NCBI GenBank assembly: GCA_964016885.1
Contig: OZ024740.1
Location: forward strand, 375,906,001 to 375,970,000
DNA from: Eledone cirrhosa
Lineage: Eukaryota
Length of the DNA stretch: 64,000 nucleotides
Direction: 5' to 3'
Part shown: piece after piece, positions 12,877 to 27,796 of the stretch
How the letters are laid out: each line of letters opens with the position of its first letter
Position numbering within the stretch: the first letter of the stretch is position 1
Notes under the pieces: model-generated
Told to the model about the DNA's origin: nothing
The model's input: only the letters and a program-made list of their open reading frames with translations
Databases searched by the model: none
Program-made: the position numbers and the translations under genes

Positions 12877-15063
12877 TAATTTACATACAAAATGAAACAA
12901 GCATACGGAGTGAAATGTAGTGTGGGAATATAGGAGAAATAGCTCGTTTTGCTTCAAAATTCAGTCTTTAAAGCCTTTTACATTCACTATAAATTTATCT
13001 CACATTGTACTACTATAATATACAAACAGAACACAAAACCTACTCACAATTCACAGCAATAACAAAAACAAAATAGTTTTCTATTAATGATACAACAATA
13101 TATCCTCTTTTAAAATAGCTGATTGTTTACTTCTTTCACTCAACTCCAACTACTTTATTCATGATTGTGTTGCATGTCAGCTAAAATATTTCACAAGTTT
13201 CTACGCAACGCACAAAACAATTGCACTAATCAAAATCTACTAGAAATTATGTTTTCTGAAAATATCCTAATGAAAATATCCTAATTCTTACAGAAACTAA
13301 CCAACAATCTCATTTGCATAATAAGCCTAGTAAGAATTTTAAAATCCCTGAGAATTACATTCCAATTTGAACTGCCACATATTAAATTCCAAACATTGTG
13401 ATAACAAATGAAACATTTTCATTAATCACAAATGAAATGCTCTTTTATATGTTCTTGCGATCCAAAAGACTGTTAGCAGCAAAACGGTTATATATTGATA
13501 TATATTTCACGGTTAGAACAAAAGAAGACTATATTACCATAGCATATTTTATTAAGTAATTAGCCATAATACGTACTTTCCTGGTGCAAATGCATTCGCC
13601 TTGATACAATGACGTAATCCATAACATAATGCCATATGATAGCCTGCTAGGTTTCCATTTGTAAAGCACTGTAATATGGAGACAGGTGTGCGTTTCGAGA
13701 TGCTCTTCCAAATATATGCCTCCATATCAATATTTTACAGTTCTTTACAAACGGATTATCTAATGGATTGTGTCGTAATAAAAATATGTAAAATTTTCAC
13801 CAGAAAAATACGTACTCTTGCTAATAATTGTTTCTACTTTAGGCACAGGGCCAGCAATTACCCAATGCATTACTGGTACTTTATTTTATCGACCGCTATG
13901 GCTAATAATGTAATAGAAAAACCATCGAAATCTAGCCTTTGTAGGCTCCTTCAACGTTCTTCCTCGATTTTACTGGATCGTGTTGGATGGTGGTGACCCG
14001 TATCATTTTACATATATATACACACACAGTCTGAAACAACAACTCGATCAATATGCTGTTATCATTACATGTGTACATATTACATTCACATATAATGTGA
14101 CACAATGGTTTAACAATATACTCAACACTTATTTGAAACACTTACTTTACCAGTAGAAAAGCGATTGAAATGAAGTGATGATTATGAATTTTTAAAAATA
14201 ATAATGAAATGGGATGTACAATATTAAGAGTGTTTTCTCTTGTTATAGACAAAACATATATAGTAAAGTATAATATATCGTTTATAAATGTGTCAATGCT
14301 TCGGATCTAAAGTAGACATAAACAATATTACTGTCAGAGGTATATTAATACCTGATTAAATTCAAAATACCGTTTTAATATGTTGCCACATCTGCTTTCA
14401 AACATATCAATAATGTTAACTTAAAACAAATAAATATATCACTCAATATTTTCGATACTGACTCAGATTAACACCAACAAAAATCATACCAGACCATCAG
14501 AATGAAACGAATTAATTACAAATTATTTATGTTACACCGCAAGTTTAGTTTTAAATATATTTTAAAACATTGTCAATACAAACACATATGGAAAATAATT
14601 GTTTTGAATATTATTGTATTGATATCATTCCAGAATGCTATTGTAATAAGTTTCCAACGTTAGCATATTTAGACAATGATATAGTATTATATAAACTGAT
14701 GATTTAACTAAAATATTCAAGATATATTGAATGGGAAGACATATTAAGGTGAATTTATTCATGAGCTTTTATATTTTACAAAGATTGCTTTGAAAAATAT
14801 TAAATACAATAATATTTGTAACAGACACAGACCATATAGCAAACGCAAACGAGGATTTCATACCGTATATATTCATACAATACTCAGGAGACAACTAAAT
14901 ATATGGATAGTGGAATGTGGTAATATCCTGTATTATATCTTTCAAGTACCGTTATAAGATGCTACTAATACTTTCTATGAACAAAAATATATTTCAATAA
15001 TATTCTAATTGAGGATTAATGTAGAGTAAAATACATTATCACTTGCATTTGCTTTTTGTTGCC

Positions 15064-15064
<1 letters not shown>

Positions 15065-15117
<53 letters not shown>
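15065..15117. repeat. (ATT)n tract, left boundary of the retrotransposon nest
   Basis: Directly visible. Further tracts at 19165, 21831, 27746, 31668, 32461, 32704, 38507, 44424, 50361 and 55481. Confidence 0.97.
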
Positions 15118-18100
15118 TGCGACCTACGTAGGGAATCGTATTATCGTGAGCTCCGCAAAGGTTTGTTGATTTCAGTTGTTTCAAATTGCCAGTTATGGAA
15201 AATCTTTGTTGTTAAGTGTTTATAAGTTCACATATATTGCTTTCTGAAAAGGACACCTAAAATATTGAGGCCTTGAGCCCAAATTTAAACTTTTTAATTA
15301 TCAAACAAAATATTTCTTTGAAAAAAAACATGGACGTCAAATTTACTGTTTTTAACAGGCCAACACACCCCTCCTCCACCATCATCACCACCAACACCAA
15401 CAACATTCTAAGCCATGCTACGGTTACCAACACAATGTCAAAAAGAACAATGAACACCACTAATACCACAACCACCACCACAGCGACAACAGAAACCCCC
15501 AAAAAATAAATTATTATCTCGTGACATCGAAATGGATTCACCCAGAATCGACTCTTCCACGCCGAATACCACTGACACCACCACCACCTCCACCACAACT
15601 GAAACTAAAAACAACAATAACAAAAACAGCAACAACAAGAATGAGAATAAAAGCAACAACATCAACACCACCGCAAAACAAAATGTGTCGTTTGCCAAAG
15701 CAGCGAAGAAAAGGGAAACAATCGAGGTAAGCCAGTGTGAATTAAATGAAGCCAAACGAATGGTAAAAAAAGATGGGTACATCGTCACCCCCCCCCCACA
15801 CACACCTAATACAATGGAGCATCGGCGCCTATTAACCGTGTCATATCGGACGATAAACACAAAATAACGCCGAGTGGAACGGGCATCCGAGTCCCAAATA
15901 CAAAAGGCTTTGGGACATGTGTGGGTGAAAAGACCCTCATCAGACGTGGGCAGAAATATGGAACTGTGGACGTGTTTTTTGGAACACCACAGGAAGCCAG
16001 AGCGCACGCCATGTCCCCATTAAGAAGTGACGACTTCCCACTCGTCCCAATCTATTGTGGTGAGAGACTCGGAAGAGCAAGGTGACCCACGTTCCACCGG
16101 CCATCGAAATTCCCTGGCTAATGGCTGCCTTCCTCGACGGCATCGAGGCCAACACAAAAATAATCGAAGTAACAAAAGAAAATCACCTGAACTGGCCCGG
16201 ATCTGGTATGGAGCTCCTGATCGAAGGGGACCAAAAAACATTGAGGAAATTCCAGAGGTGATAGACCTCACTGACGTCAGCCACCTCACCGTAATCGTTG
16301 AGGGTAGGAGGCCTATGTATGTCGTTTGTGGTGAAGGAACCCACCTAAAGGCTTTCTGCCCTTAGGCTAAAAAGTTGAGGCCATCTCTCTTACCTACCCC
16401 AGTGACTCAACCATCAACACTACCAGCAGAAGAAATGGCAGAAACAACTGTAGCAGCAACAACAAAAGCAACTGTAGCAGCAACAACATAGCAATAGTAA
16501 CAAAGCCAACACCACCACCAACCACCACGCGAGAACTAGCACCAGCGCCTCCACCTTCCACCACGCCATAACCCAAACCAACGCCTCTGGAGGATTTGCC
16601 ACTCCCCAACCTATCGAAACTGGAGACAGATTGTGACAACGAGGCGTGTGAAACTGTATAAGGAAAAAATAAAAAAATAAAAAGAACCCAAAAAAGAAAG
16701 AAAATCCTCTTCCTTCACCCTCCAAAAACAAAATACATGGGGAAACAAATAAACTAACAAACAAAAAAATTAGGACAGCTATGCCACCATCCATACCAGC
16801 ATCACAAACCCCATCACCATCATTAACCACAACACCATCATCACCAACACCACAAAAGTCACCAAAAAGCGAAACAGAAGCAAACCCACAGCAAACGCCA
16901 AAAGAAAACAACCAAAACGATACACACTACACAGCATTAAATTTGAACAACAACCAATTATTACACTACATGCATCACAACACCAGCATCACAGAAAAAG
17001 ACTAATACAACACCCCATAAATTCACACCACCTCCACACATACAAATCACTCGCATCACACAGAAAACGTACACGACACTAAAACAAAAATGCCCCAAGC
17101 GCATCGGATACATCCGACACTCTCCAGGAGGATTTATAAGGACAAGCTTCCGGAGGAGGCCACAAACAGTGAGAAGGATGGAAAAACATTCCCCCTACGA
17201 AAAGTGAGATAAGTGGTCGTTCCCATCTTTTTCCACTCCTTTTCAACATGACCTCACTCAGAATAGGCAGCATAAATGCACGTGGCTTGGGGTCGTCATG
17301 GAAGCAGGGTCTCCTGCTCAACCCCTCAGGTCACTAAAAATAGATGTGGTAGCTATCAGCGAGACAAGAATCTCCGTAGCATGGGCCTTCGCACCGATCT
17401 TCGGCGCCGACGATGTGTACGCATCTCCCAGCCATTCTGGATTGGCGGGAGGAGTTGCTGTGATTTTTCGGAGAGGTTTGAATCTCGCCATACGGGCCAT
17501 CTTTCTGGACCCAGAAGGTAAGTTGGTGTTGCTGTACGTGACCAGCGGAGACGGGCAAGCTTTCAGTCTAGTGGCCGTCTACGCCCCGACAGAAGCAGGG
17601 CGACCTGATTTCTTCCGGCGTCTGGAGACCTTTCTTGGAACGTCCCGCTCTTTAGTGTTAGTGGGCGACTGGAACGGGATCAAAGATGCATGTTGGTATT
17701 GTGTGGGATTAGAGGATAGGGGAGGAGGGTGCAAGAGTCTCACTAACCTGCTCAGGCATTTTGAACTGTCTGACAGGTACCGATTGGATTTCCCGAATGT
17801 GCCAATGTGGACATGGACAAACCGCATCGGGTCATGCAGATCATATCTAGATCGAGTATTTCGTAGGGAAATAGATAGGTCTAGCATAGGCTGTTCACAA
17901 TTCAAGATAGTCAGCTACAATTCAAGATAGTCAGATGTTTTGGAAGCGACGCGCTCCCATGATCAGACGATCCATCTACTGTCAACACCCGTTGCGTGGA
18001 AGACTGGGCATGCCATGGCTGATAATGCGCAAACATGCTCTGAGGCTGAGACATCTCTGATCCTTCCTTGGCGGTGAACATGCTTTGTCGCCGTCCGCCA

Positions 18101-19164
18101 GGTACGTTTTCCCACAGCTCGTCTCCTTGACGGAACTGCAGTCCTGGGTCAGGAAAAGACTGAGGGATAGCGCTTGGACACTGGAATGTCTCCAGGCGCT
18201 CACTGCCCTCCGCCAGCTGGGCACCAGTATCGGTGGAACATCCAACTCGGCGTTCCATAGAGGACACGTGGAGGGGAAGGGCGACGACGTTCTCGGGGAG
18301 ATCCCGGGCGTCGAAGAAGATCAGCTGTGCTCTCTTCTGGAGAAATTTCAGCCCAGGGCCTATGGATATCTTCCGAAAATCTCTGACCTGGCAGTGCTAC
18401 CGTGGGCGTTGCCGGTTCGAGATAAGCTCTACAGGCACGGAAGTACCATCAGCCGAGCCTGCCCGAGATGCGCGCAGAGCGACAAAACCGTCGTGCACGC
18501 ACTCGTTCAGTGCCCGAGCATTGCTGAATGGTGGAGCTATGTCGAATAGTTGCTGTCTCGTGTAGGACCGATCCGGTTATCGACTGAGTCCATAGTGCAG
18601 ATGGTCTCGCCGTCTTCCTTCGAGGAGGAAGGGCAGGCGGTTTTCATCTGCCTGGTGGTCATGGCGAAAGAGATTGTGTGGTGGACAAGGTTGAAAGGGT
18701 TAAAGACACACACTTTCTTCTTCGGCGACTCCCTAATTAACTTTTTCAAGTTTCACTTGAAGAGGAAAATTAGGGTGGAGAGGCAAGTGCTGCCTTCTAG
18801 CAAGTTTGTTGAAAGGTTGGTGAATGTAGACAGAATGGTCTGAGTGAACGGGATTGCTCTGAATATACGCTTGTAGTTTGAGGAATGGGAAATAATTGGT
18901 GGCCAAGGTGGCCGTGGTCTTTTGTGTGGTTTTTGCCACGAGTAACCCTCGGAGGTTTCACCCTATTGGGGATTTTCCATTGTTTGAATTTTCACTTTTA
19001 TTGTTAATATATATATATGTTTCTATGTCTTTTTTCTTTTTCGGTTCTTATATAAATAATAAAAATCTTTACACGCACAAAACCGACTTCATACCGTCAT
19101 GTACCGTCCTGTACCGTCTGTAATGTTTTTCTTGATGTCATCCTTTATGGCCAATAAAGAAATC
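15118..19164 (+). mobile_element. Tx1/L1-clade LINE family A, copy A1 (degenerate, RT deleted)
   Basis: 5' end gcgacctacgtagg as in A3. Broken ORF1. ORF2 endonuclease from about 17267, deletion at about 17930, C-terminal CPRC..H...C. Ends aataaagaaatc(ATT)n. Confidence 0.92.
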
Positions 19165-19179
19165 ATTATTATTATTATT

Positions 19180-21830
19180 CTTTGAGTCGCAGTTATTGAT
19201 GTTATTTAACTGGAAAGTTTGTTGAAATGAATATCAAGCCGCTACCTGCAGACTCAGATATTCAGGACGTATCGGAGGGTCCTTGCTGTTCCCAGCAAGC
19301 ATACCTTTTGACGTGTTCCAAAAAGCGAGGCTGGACTAATCTTCTTTAACCATCCTTGGAAATTCTTTGAGATAGTACCTAGTGCGCCTATGACAATCGG
19401 GACAACCTTGACTTCATAGCAGTTCCAAATCCTTTTTATCTCCCACTTAAAGTCGTGGTATCGGCTAATTTTCTTCCTCTCCTTTTCTTGCACTCCCGTG
19501 TCAAATGGGCAGGCTACATCTGCAATCAGGCACGATTTTTTTTCCTTGTCCAAAACCACCAGGTCATGCGTATTGTGTTCTAATTTTATGATCGTTTTCT
19601 ATCACCGACTCTGGCTTATGCTCATGCCACTTCTCAGAATGTGGTAAATTTAATTTGCATAGATGTCAGTGGATCACCCTGCCTATCACATCATATCTCC
19701 AGCCTTTATAGTGAGTCTGATCTAGGTGTTTACACTCAGATACAATGTGAGCCATAGACTCCTCTCTCTCTCTCCACGGATCCTACACAGTGGGCTAGCA
19801 TCCTCCTTGTAAATATGGTGTTTCACCCACTTCGTTCTGAGGCCCTGCTCTTGCGCAGCCATTAGCATTCCTTCTGTAGCCTTTATTAAGGTATCCCCTT
19901 TTTAACCATTTCGATGTCTGTGGATCTATAAATTCAGTTTTCTTAAGGAGGTACTATGAAGCGATTTTTCATGAAGGTTGCTCTTCCTCCTTGTTGTTAT
20001 TTCCTCCTTGTACTTCCCCTGGTCTATTGTCTTCTCCTTCACTACAATTTTGAGCATTGGCTCCCTAGTGTCAGTCACGTTTTGTTGTTTTTCTCCATCT
20101 GAACACAGTCCTCTATGCTGATAAAACCTCTTCCACCTTCAGATCTCTTTAAGTATAGTCTATCGACATCACTCCTCTTGTGGAACATGTTGTAGATAGT
20201 CAATAGCTTCCTAGTCTTCCTATCCATTTCTTTTTGTTCAGCAACACTCCATTTCAGAATTCCCGCACTGTACATAATAATAGAGACAACTCGGAAATCC
20301 ACTGCACCTATGACATTCCTACTATTTAGATGTGATTTTAATACGCTCCTTACTCTCTTAATGTACTCAGATCTTATCAATTCCTTCATTTTTTTTGTTC
20401 TTGATGTCATCTGCCTCCAGAACACCTAAATATTTGTATCCTTCTTCAGTGTTAATTTCCTTTATCATCTCACCTGTTGGTTCCTGGATTCCGTTGCCTC
20501 TGCTCAATTTACCCCTCTTCATCACTAGGACTCCGCACTTATTAATACAAAATTCCATACATATATCATTGCTGAAAATACGGACAGTGTCAATAAGTAC
20601 ATCCAACTCTTCTCACTCTTCCTAAAGAGTTTAAGATCCTCCATGAAGAGGAGGTGGTTGATGGTAGGCTCTCTTTTTCCCAACTGGTATCCTGATTTCA
20701 CTTTTCGCAATATAACTGTCAGGGTATCAGGGCAAGGACAAACAGCAGAGTGGACAAGCCATCTCCCTGGAAGATACCTCTCTTGATCTTCACGCCTCCC
20801 AAGGATTCTCCACCCGATGTTAACTCTGTTTCCCAGGACTTCATACTTTTGCTCAACAACTGTCTGATGTTATCTGCCACCTTGACGATCTCTAGGCTTT
20901 TGGTTATCCAAGAATGAGGTACCATGTCGAATGCCTTTTGGTAATCTATCCATCCAATGGCAAGACCAGTGTGTCTCCTCCTGCAATTCCTCATTACCAT
21001 CTTATCAATAAGTAACTGGTATTTTGTACCACGTGACTTCTTTCGGTATCCTTTCTGTTCGTCCGGTAACAAGTTGTTTATGTGGAGGTGATGGTAGATT
21101 TCCTCAGACACAATGCTTGTTAACAGTTTCCACATTACGGACAGACATGTGATAGGTCTATAGTTGGTAACATCATTACCATTGATTCGGTCTTTCATCA
21201 CCAGAACTGTGGTACCTTTTGTCAATCACTCTGGTACCTCACCCGACATCAGGCAGTCATTGAACATGGTTGTCAGTTTCGGGTGGAGGGATGTTATATA
21301 TTTAATCCAATACCCCTGCACACCATCTGGGCCTGGTGATTTTCAATTTGTTGGTTTTTTTGAGAGTTTCAACTGTGATACTCAAATCAGTTTGTTGGTG
21401 TGCTTGTTCACTATCTCCTTTTGTATTGTCTCAATCCACACTGCCTGACTATTATGTTTAACATCCTGCTCCCATATTCCTCTGCAGGATGTCTTAGTCT
21501 GTTCCGCCCCAGGGATCAATTCGTTGCCTCTTTCTTTCCCTTCAAGCTGTCCAAAGAACCTTTGGTGTTGTCAAACATGCGGTTCTGTCTATACTGACTG
21601 AATTCTGCTCTCATACCGCCTAATATTTGCACTTTTTGATACAATACGTTGCTTCAGTTCCTCTATGATAATATTTAGCTTGTTCCCCCTAGTTTTGTAC
21701 TTTATTTCCAATCTATTTTTAGTGTCGATGTTTTGTAATGTCCCGTTCAGTAGGGTCTCATGCTTAGCAATGTCGTTTCTCATTCCTTGATTTTACCATT
21801 CAGTCGTTTCTTCCACAAATGTTCTGATCT
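19180..21830 (-). mobile_element. R4/Dong-clade RLE non-LTR retrotransposon, copy R1 (5'-truncated, degenerate)
   Basis: NYRPITCL, WIDYQKAFD, RGIFQGD, INHLLFMEDLKL, YKYLGV, GGRG, DVACPFD..E..K..RY, VPIVIGALG. Flanked by TAA repeats on its sense strand. Confidence 0.9.
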
Positions 21831-21858
21831 TTATTATTATTATTATTAGTTGTTATTT

Positions 21859-24800
21859 GGCCGCACATGTGTGAAGACAGACAAGTCTGCGAGGGAAAAG
21901 GTCCGTAGTTTTAAGCTGTTTTAAAGTGTCATTAACGAAACTTAAGGTACACATCTTGATTTAAAGAGAGGGATACCTCTCAATATTCGGGCTTTAAGCC
22001 CGAATATTCAGATTTATTTTTTAAAAACTTCGAAAAAAATCGCTTCCCCTCCAAAAGAAAATTATGGAAATTTTCGACCTTGAAACGGTAAACAACGTTC
22101 AGGTCAAAAGTTTAAAGGCAGCCACTGCAGATTTCACCACGACTACGACGGCTACAGTCATGCCTGTCATCCACTCGACTGAATGTGAAGGCAAAACTAA
22201 AAAGCTACCATTACAACCTTCTGCCATAGCAGCAGTATCATCTGAAAACGACATCACCACCACCGCCACCACCACCACCACCACAACAACAACTCAGAGC
22301 AATAACGACAATAACACCGATAGCTTCAATGCAAACAAGGATGGCGGTGGCAACAGCAAGAATGACAACAACAACAATAAGAGCATCAGAAACAGCACAT
22401 TTGCTGCAGCAGCAGCAATAACAAAGCGCTTATTGAATATTGATATTGATATTAGCAATAAAGACGAACAGTTGGCCAAAGCGTGGAGGCTAATTAAACG
22501 GGAGAAGTCCTGGGCAAACCTGACCATCCCGGACGAGGCAACAGCGGCCATGCAAAGGAGGACGGTGCTCTTTCGATGTATTTTGGTGCAGACACGAAAA
22601 GTGGAACTTGCGAGTCAAGCAGAGGTAGAGGCTGCTTTGGAGTACATCGGAAGTAACATAGAGTACAAAGCAAGGGGCAAACAGTTCGGTACCATCTCGG
22701 TACTGTTCAAAACCGAGGCCCTCGCTATTAAGCACACGGTGACCCCCTGCAGAACGGAACGCATTATCATGCATCCGTCCTATATGGGTAAAGGGACAGT
22801 GAAGGTACGCATTCCCAGCATCCCACCAGGAATGAACATATGGTGGCTGCTGAGATGCGTAATCGAGGAGGGGACAGACACCACCCTCTGGACATCAAAA
22901 GGACAGAGAGAGAGGACTGGTCCGGAATGGATTTGGAGATTCTTCTCCAAATGAAACCGGAAGATATGAATAACATCCCAGATTTTTCCCGCCTGCAGGA
23001 TGGGACAACAATCCAACTAATGATTGACGGAAGAAGGCCACGCTGCTTCGTTTGCGGGGAAGCAACGCATCTTCAAGCCTTCTGCCCTCAGCGCAAAAAT
23101 GCAGGGGGTCGCAAACCTCCTTGTTGCCAACGCCAGTGTCAGCACCGAAAGCTGTACCACCACCACCACCAAAAACAACATCAACAAAAACACGGACACC
23201 AACACTAAAAGCAACCGGATCACCATCAACACCAAAACCAATCCAAGGAGAAAACGAGGAAAGCTCTCCCACTCCCCCCCCCCCCAATTATACACATAGA
23301 CAAAAAAAAAAATAAACGCACACACAGACACAGAGACACTCACAGACACAGACCCTTTGTCTTCCAGCAGCGAAGATGAACGAAAACCCAAAAGTGCAAA
23401 AAAAAAACAGAGAAAACTCACAAAAAAAAAAGCCCCAACAAAACAAAAAAACACACACAACAAAAAATACAGACACCACTAACGCAAACACTTCCCCAAT
23501 AACATGAGCACCATCAGCAACATCGACACCACCTCCACAATCCCCGAAACGCAAACAACCTAAACAAACACAAGTACAAATAAACACACAAATACCTGAA
23601 ATTGCAGACACCACACCTACAACAAACATAGACATACCCGAAACAACACCACCAAAATCATCGCCACCACCTTCACCAAAACGAAAACAAATAAAACCAC
23701 ACCAACAAAATGTTAAAAACTTCGTGCTTGTCAGAAGGGCCAATGGTAAACTGATGGCCCTCTTAGCGCGAAGCGAGGACGTTCAAACAGAGGGGGAGAT
23801 TTTTGAAATGAGCACATTTTGCGTGCCAGAATATTTGCTTCTGGTCCGAACGTCACTCTATTCCTTCAAAGAAATTCGAGAGAGCTTTCCTCAAGACGTG
23901 GGAAACCCGAATGTGAAACCCACATCAAGACTTTTAAAGGGCTTCCCAAAAGAAAACCCACCAACCATGGAGGTCGTACCACCCGACCTTCACAAGACCC
24001 GGGAGGTAAGTAAACCTTCCCTCTCTCTCTCTTAGCTTACTAATATGGCCATATTAAGAGTAGAAAGTTTAAATGTTCGCGGCCTGGGTCCACCCTGGAA
24101 GCAGGGTCGCCTGCTCAACGACCTCGGGTCGCTGGGAATGGATGTGATTGCCGTAAGCGAGACCATAATTTCCGACACGCGCGCACTAGCCCCCATTTTC
24201 GACGACTATCAGATCTTTGCATGTGTTAGCAGGCCGGGAATGGGGGCGGGGTGGCAGTGCTGTTTAGGAAAGGACTGGATCTCGAGGTAAGGTCGATCTC
24301 CCGGGACCCGGACGGTAAGTTGGTGGTCGTGGATGTGAGCAGTAGCGAAGGTGGGGCCTTTAGACTGCTGGCCGTCTATGCTCCTACAGGGGCCGGATGA
24401 TCTGACTTCTTTAGGCGCCTGGAGACCTTTCTGGGTACGTCTCGCCCTTTACTGTTAGTGTGGGACTGGAATGGCATCTTAGACGCACGCTGGGATTGTG
24501 TGGGAGTAGCCGATAGGAGCTGGGGGTGCAAAAGCCTCAAGCACCTACTCAGCCAGTTCCAACTGTCTGACAGGTATCGACTAGATTTCCCCAATGTGCC
24601 AGTATGGACATGGACCAACCGAATGGGGTCATCTAGATCGTATATAGACAGAATCTTCATTAGGAAAATAGATAGAAATAGTGTGGGCTGTCCACTTTTT
24701 AAAACGGTCGCCTATTCCGATCACAAATTTGTGATCTGTACGGTCGACCTAAATAAAACGCGTAGGTTAGGACCGGGTTACTGGAAGCTGAACATGTCAT

Positions 24801-27745
24801 TTCCGGCACGTAAGGCTTACAGGGTCCGAGTCAACAAGTTAGTTAAGCAAACGTTGACAGGGGGGATCATCAACAACAGATGTTGGGGGGTTCTCAAAAG
24901 AGAGATTAGAGTAACTTCGATAGAGTTCAGCAAAGAACTAGCGTTAGAGAAAAATAGAAAGGAGGGGGAGCTGGTAGATAAGTTAGATGAGGCTATTTGT
25001 AGTGGCATCGCAACTGACGTGCTAGCGGCGAGAATGGCATTAGACCATTTCTTCAATGCCAAACACGAAGGTTGCATTGTCAGAGCTAAGGCGCGTGCGC
25101 TGAGAAACGAGGGAACTAAAGCTGTTCGATGGGCCCGCGTGGCGGAGGCGCAGCGTTGTAAATAAAACCACAATTCGGTCTTTGGCGACCAAGACGGACA
25201 CGAGATAAGCGATTCCAAGCGGATGTGTGAGGCCTTTCGCCAGCACTTTGCTCGGTTGTTCAGGGAGAGTGGCGAGTCAGAGAGAGTAGCGGATTTCAGT
25301 CCCTACCTTGACGGCTTGCCGCACATCTCAACGGTCGACGCTGAGCGCTGCGAAAGGCCGATTACTTCAGCCGAAATTCAAGACGCCCTTGTCGACTGCA
25401 TGAGGTGCAAGTCACCCGGTTTCGATGGCCTGCCCTACGAGCTTTACGTAAATATTCCAGACTTGTTCTCCGAACTCCTCGAAGCACTCTACTGTAACTG
25501 GCAGCAGAATGGGAGTATTCCCAGTTCTGTGAGCATGGGAGTGGTGACGCTGATAAGGAAAGACGAGAACAAGAGGGATACATTAGACAACTTCAGGCCC
25601 ATAACTCTGCTCAACACAGAGTTTAAGATTTTGGCCAAGGTGTTAGCAAAGAGATTGGCGCTTGTCGTCGAGGATTTGGTTGGGGAGGCACAGACTTGCG
25701 CAATCCCAGCCAGGTCCATACACGAGAATCTCCACCTCATGCGATAGATGATAGAGAGGGTGGGGTGTAAACTTAGCTTCGGTGGGGCACTGATCAATTT
25801 AGATAAATCGAAAGCATTCGATAGGGTCGACCACCGGTATGTGGAGTTTGTCCTCAAAGCAGCTGGCTTCGGCCCTGTCTTTAGAAGCTGGATCGTTGCA
25901 ATGCACAGCGGAACACGCTCGGTGGTCAAGGTTAATGGCCACCTCTCGGAACCATTTCGGATCTCCCGATCGGTCCGTCAAGGGTGCCCTCTCTCTTCCC
26001 TTCTGTACGTATTGACTCTCGAGCCTTTACTGCGGACGCTGGAGCTGTTGCAGGGAATCCCGCTCGAACCGGGACGTGGAAAGGCGGTGTCGGCTTATGC
26101 GGACGACATCAACGTGATGGTGTCGAACACCTCAGAAATCGAGGTGGTCGGCACCTTATTGAAGGAATATTAAAGGTTGACAGGAGCCAAACTTAACCCG
26201 GAAAAGTCGGTGGGCTTGCAGCTCGGAACCTGGAGAGGAAAGCCCATGCCGTCCAACAGCGTGGTGGGGCGCTGGACGGACGGACCAGTAAAGTTGCTCG
26301 TGGTTTGGTTCGGACCAGACCTCCAGGTGGAAAAGAATTGGGACGAGGTAACGAGCAGAGTAGCCAGTCTCACCCAAAAATGGGGTGGGAGGAATCTATC
26401 ACTGAAAGGTCGCGCGGAGGTGGCGAATTCGTACATCGCGTCCGTCATCTACTATCGCTTAACCGTCGTGCCTTGCCCCCGTCCGCGCCTCGTCAAGTTG
26501 GAACGGCTCCTCTTCAAATTCTTGTGGAGGGGACAAGTTCCGTTGGCGAGGTGGTCCATCTGCTGCCAGCACCCTCTACGCGGAGGGCTGGGCATGCCGT
26601 GGCTAATGATGCGCAGACATACGTTGAAGCTCCGGCATCTCCAGATATTCTGCCTCAATGGTGAACAGGTGTGGTCGCCTTTTATCAGACGGGCCTTTCC
26701 GTAGCTCATTTCTTTGACTGAGCTGCAGTCCTGGGTCAAGAAGAGACCGATACTGGGTGACTGGCACCTGGAATGTTGCCAGGCACTCACTGCCCTCTAC
26801 CAAGCGGGCAATGCGATCAGTGGAACTTCCACTCTCGAGTTCTATAGAGGATTAGTGGTGGGCAAGTGCGATGACGCACTCGGAGAAGCTTTGGGCCTCG
26901 ACGAAGTCGAACTGACCAGTCTGTACCGGAGGACTTTTGAGCCGGGGACGATGGACAATTTGCAGAAATCCCTCGCTTGACAGTGCTACCGGGGGGGCAC
27001 TGCTGGTTCGGGATAAACTCTACAGGCACGGAAGTGCTGTCAGACGGACCTGCCCAAGATGCGCACAGAACGACGAAACCGTTCTGCACGCACTTGTCCA
27101 ATGTCCCTGCATTACTGACTTGTGGAGTTATGTCGAACAGCTACTGTCGCGTGTGGAACGAATCCGGCAATCGGCCGAGTCCATAGTGAAGATCGAGCCG
27201 CCACCTTCCTTAGGTCAGGAAGAGCAGGACATTTTCCTCTGTCTGGTGGCAGTTGCGAAAGAGATTATATGGTGGACCAGGTTGAAAGGACTAAAGACAG
27301 ACACTTTTCTCTTCGGCCAATCCCTCATCAATTTCTTCAAGTTTCACCTGGTAAGGAGGGTGAGGGTGGACAGAGAAGTGCTGCCCCCCACTACATTTGC
27401 TAAAAGGTGGGTGAATGTGGCGAGAATGGCTCGTGTGAATGGGCCTACTCTGACCATGCGCCTATAGGCTGGCTAACTTGAGTAGAGGGGTGCTCTCCTG
27501 GGTGCCCTAGAAGCGCAGTGTGGTTCAGGATTGGTGGGGTACCCGAATCCCCCCAGGGTCGTCCACCCCCTATCGGGGAATTTATTTTGTTATATTTATG
27601 CATAGTTTATTTTATATTTTTATATTTTCATTGTTAAATTAGTCTTGCCATTGTGCACTTTTACTCAACCTTATTGTAAACCCCCACTGTCCCTGTCTTT
27701 GTATTGTCCCCTACATGTCGGCCCTTGTGGCTAATAAATGAAATC
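21859..27745 (+). mobile_element. Tx1/L1-clade LINE family B, copy B1 (full length, degenerate)
   Basis: ORF1 from 22064 with CFVCGEATHLQAFC knuckle. ORF2 24045-27467 with LNVRG, SDH, GYWKLN, AFDRVDH, RQGCPLS, YADD and CCHC, broken by stops and frameshifts. Ends aataaatgaaatc(ATT)n. Confidence 0.92.
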
Positions 27746-27796
27746 ATTATTATTATTATTATTATTATTATTGTTATTATTATTATTGTTATTATT

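Noticed and set aside
13530-14002. Patchy inverted similarity suggesting an old MITE
   Set aside because: Matches are short and degenerate; no definable termini or TSD.
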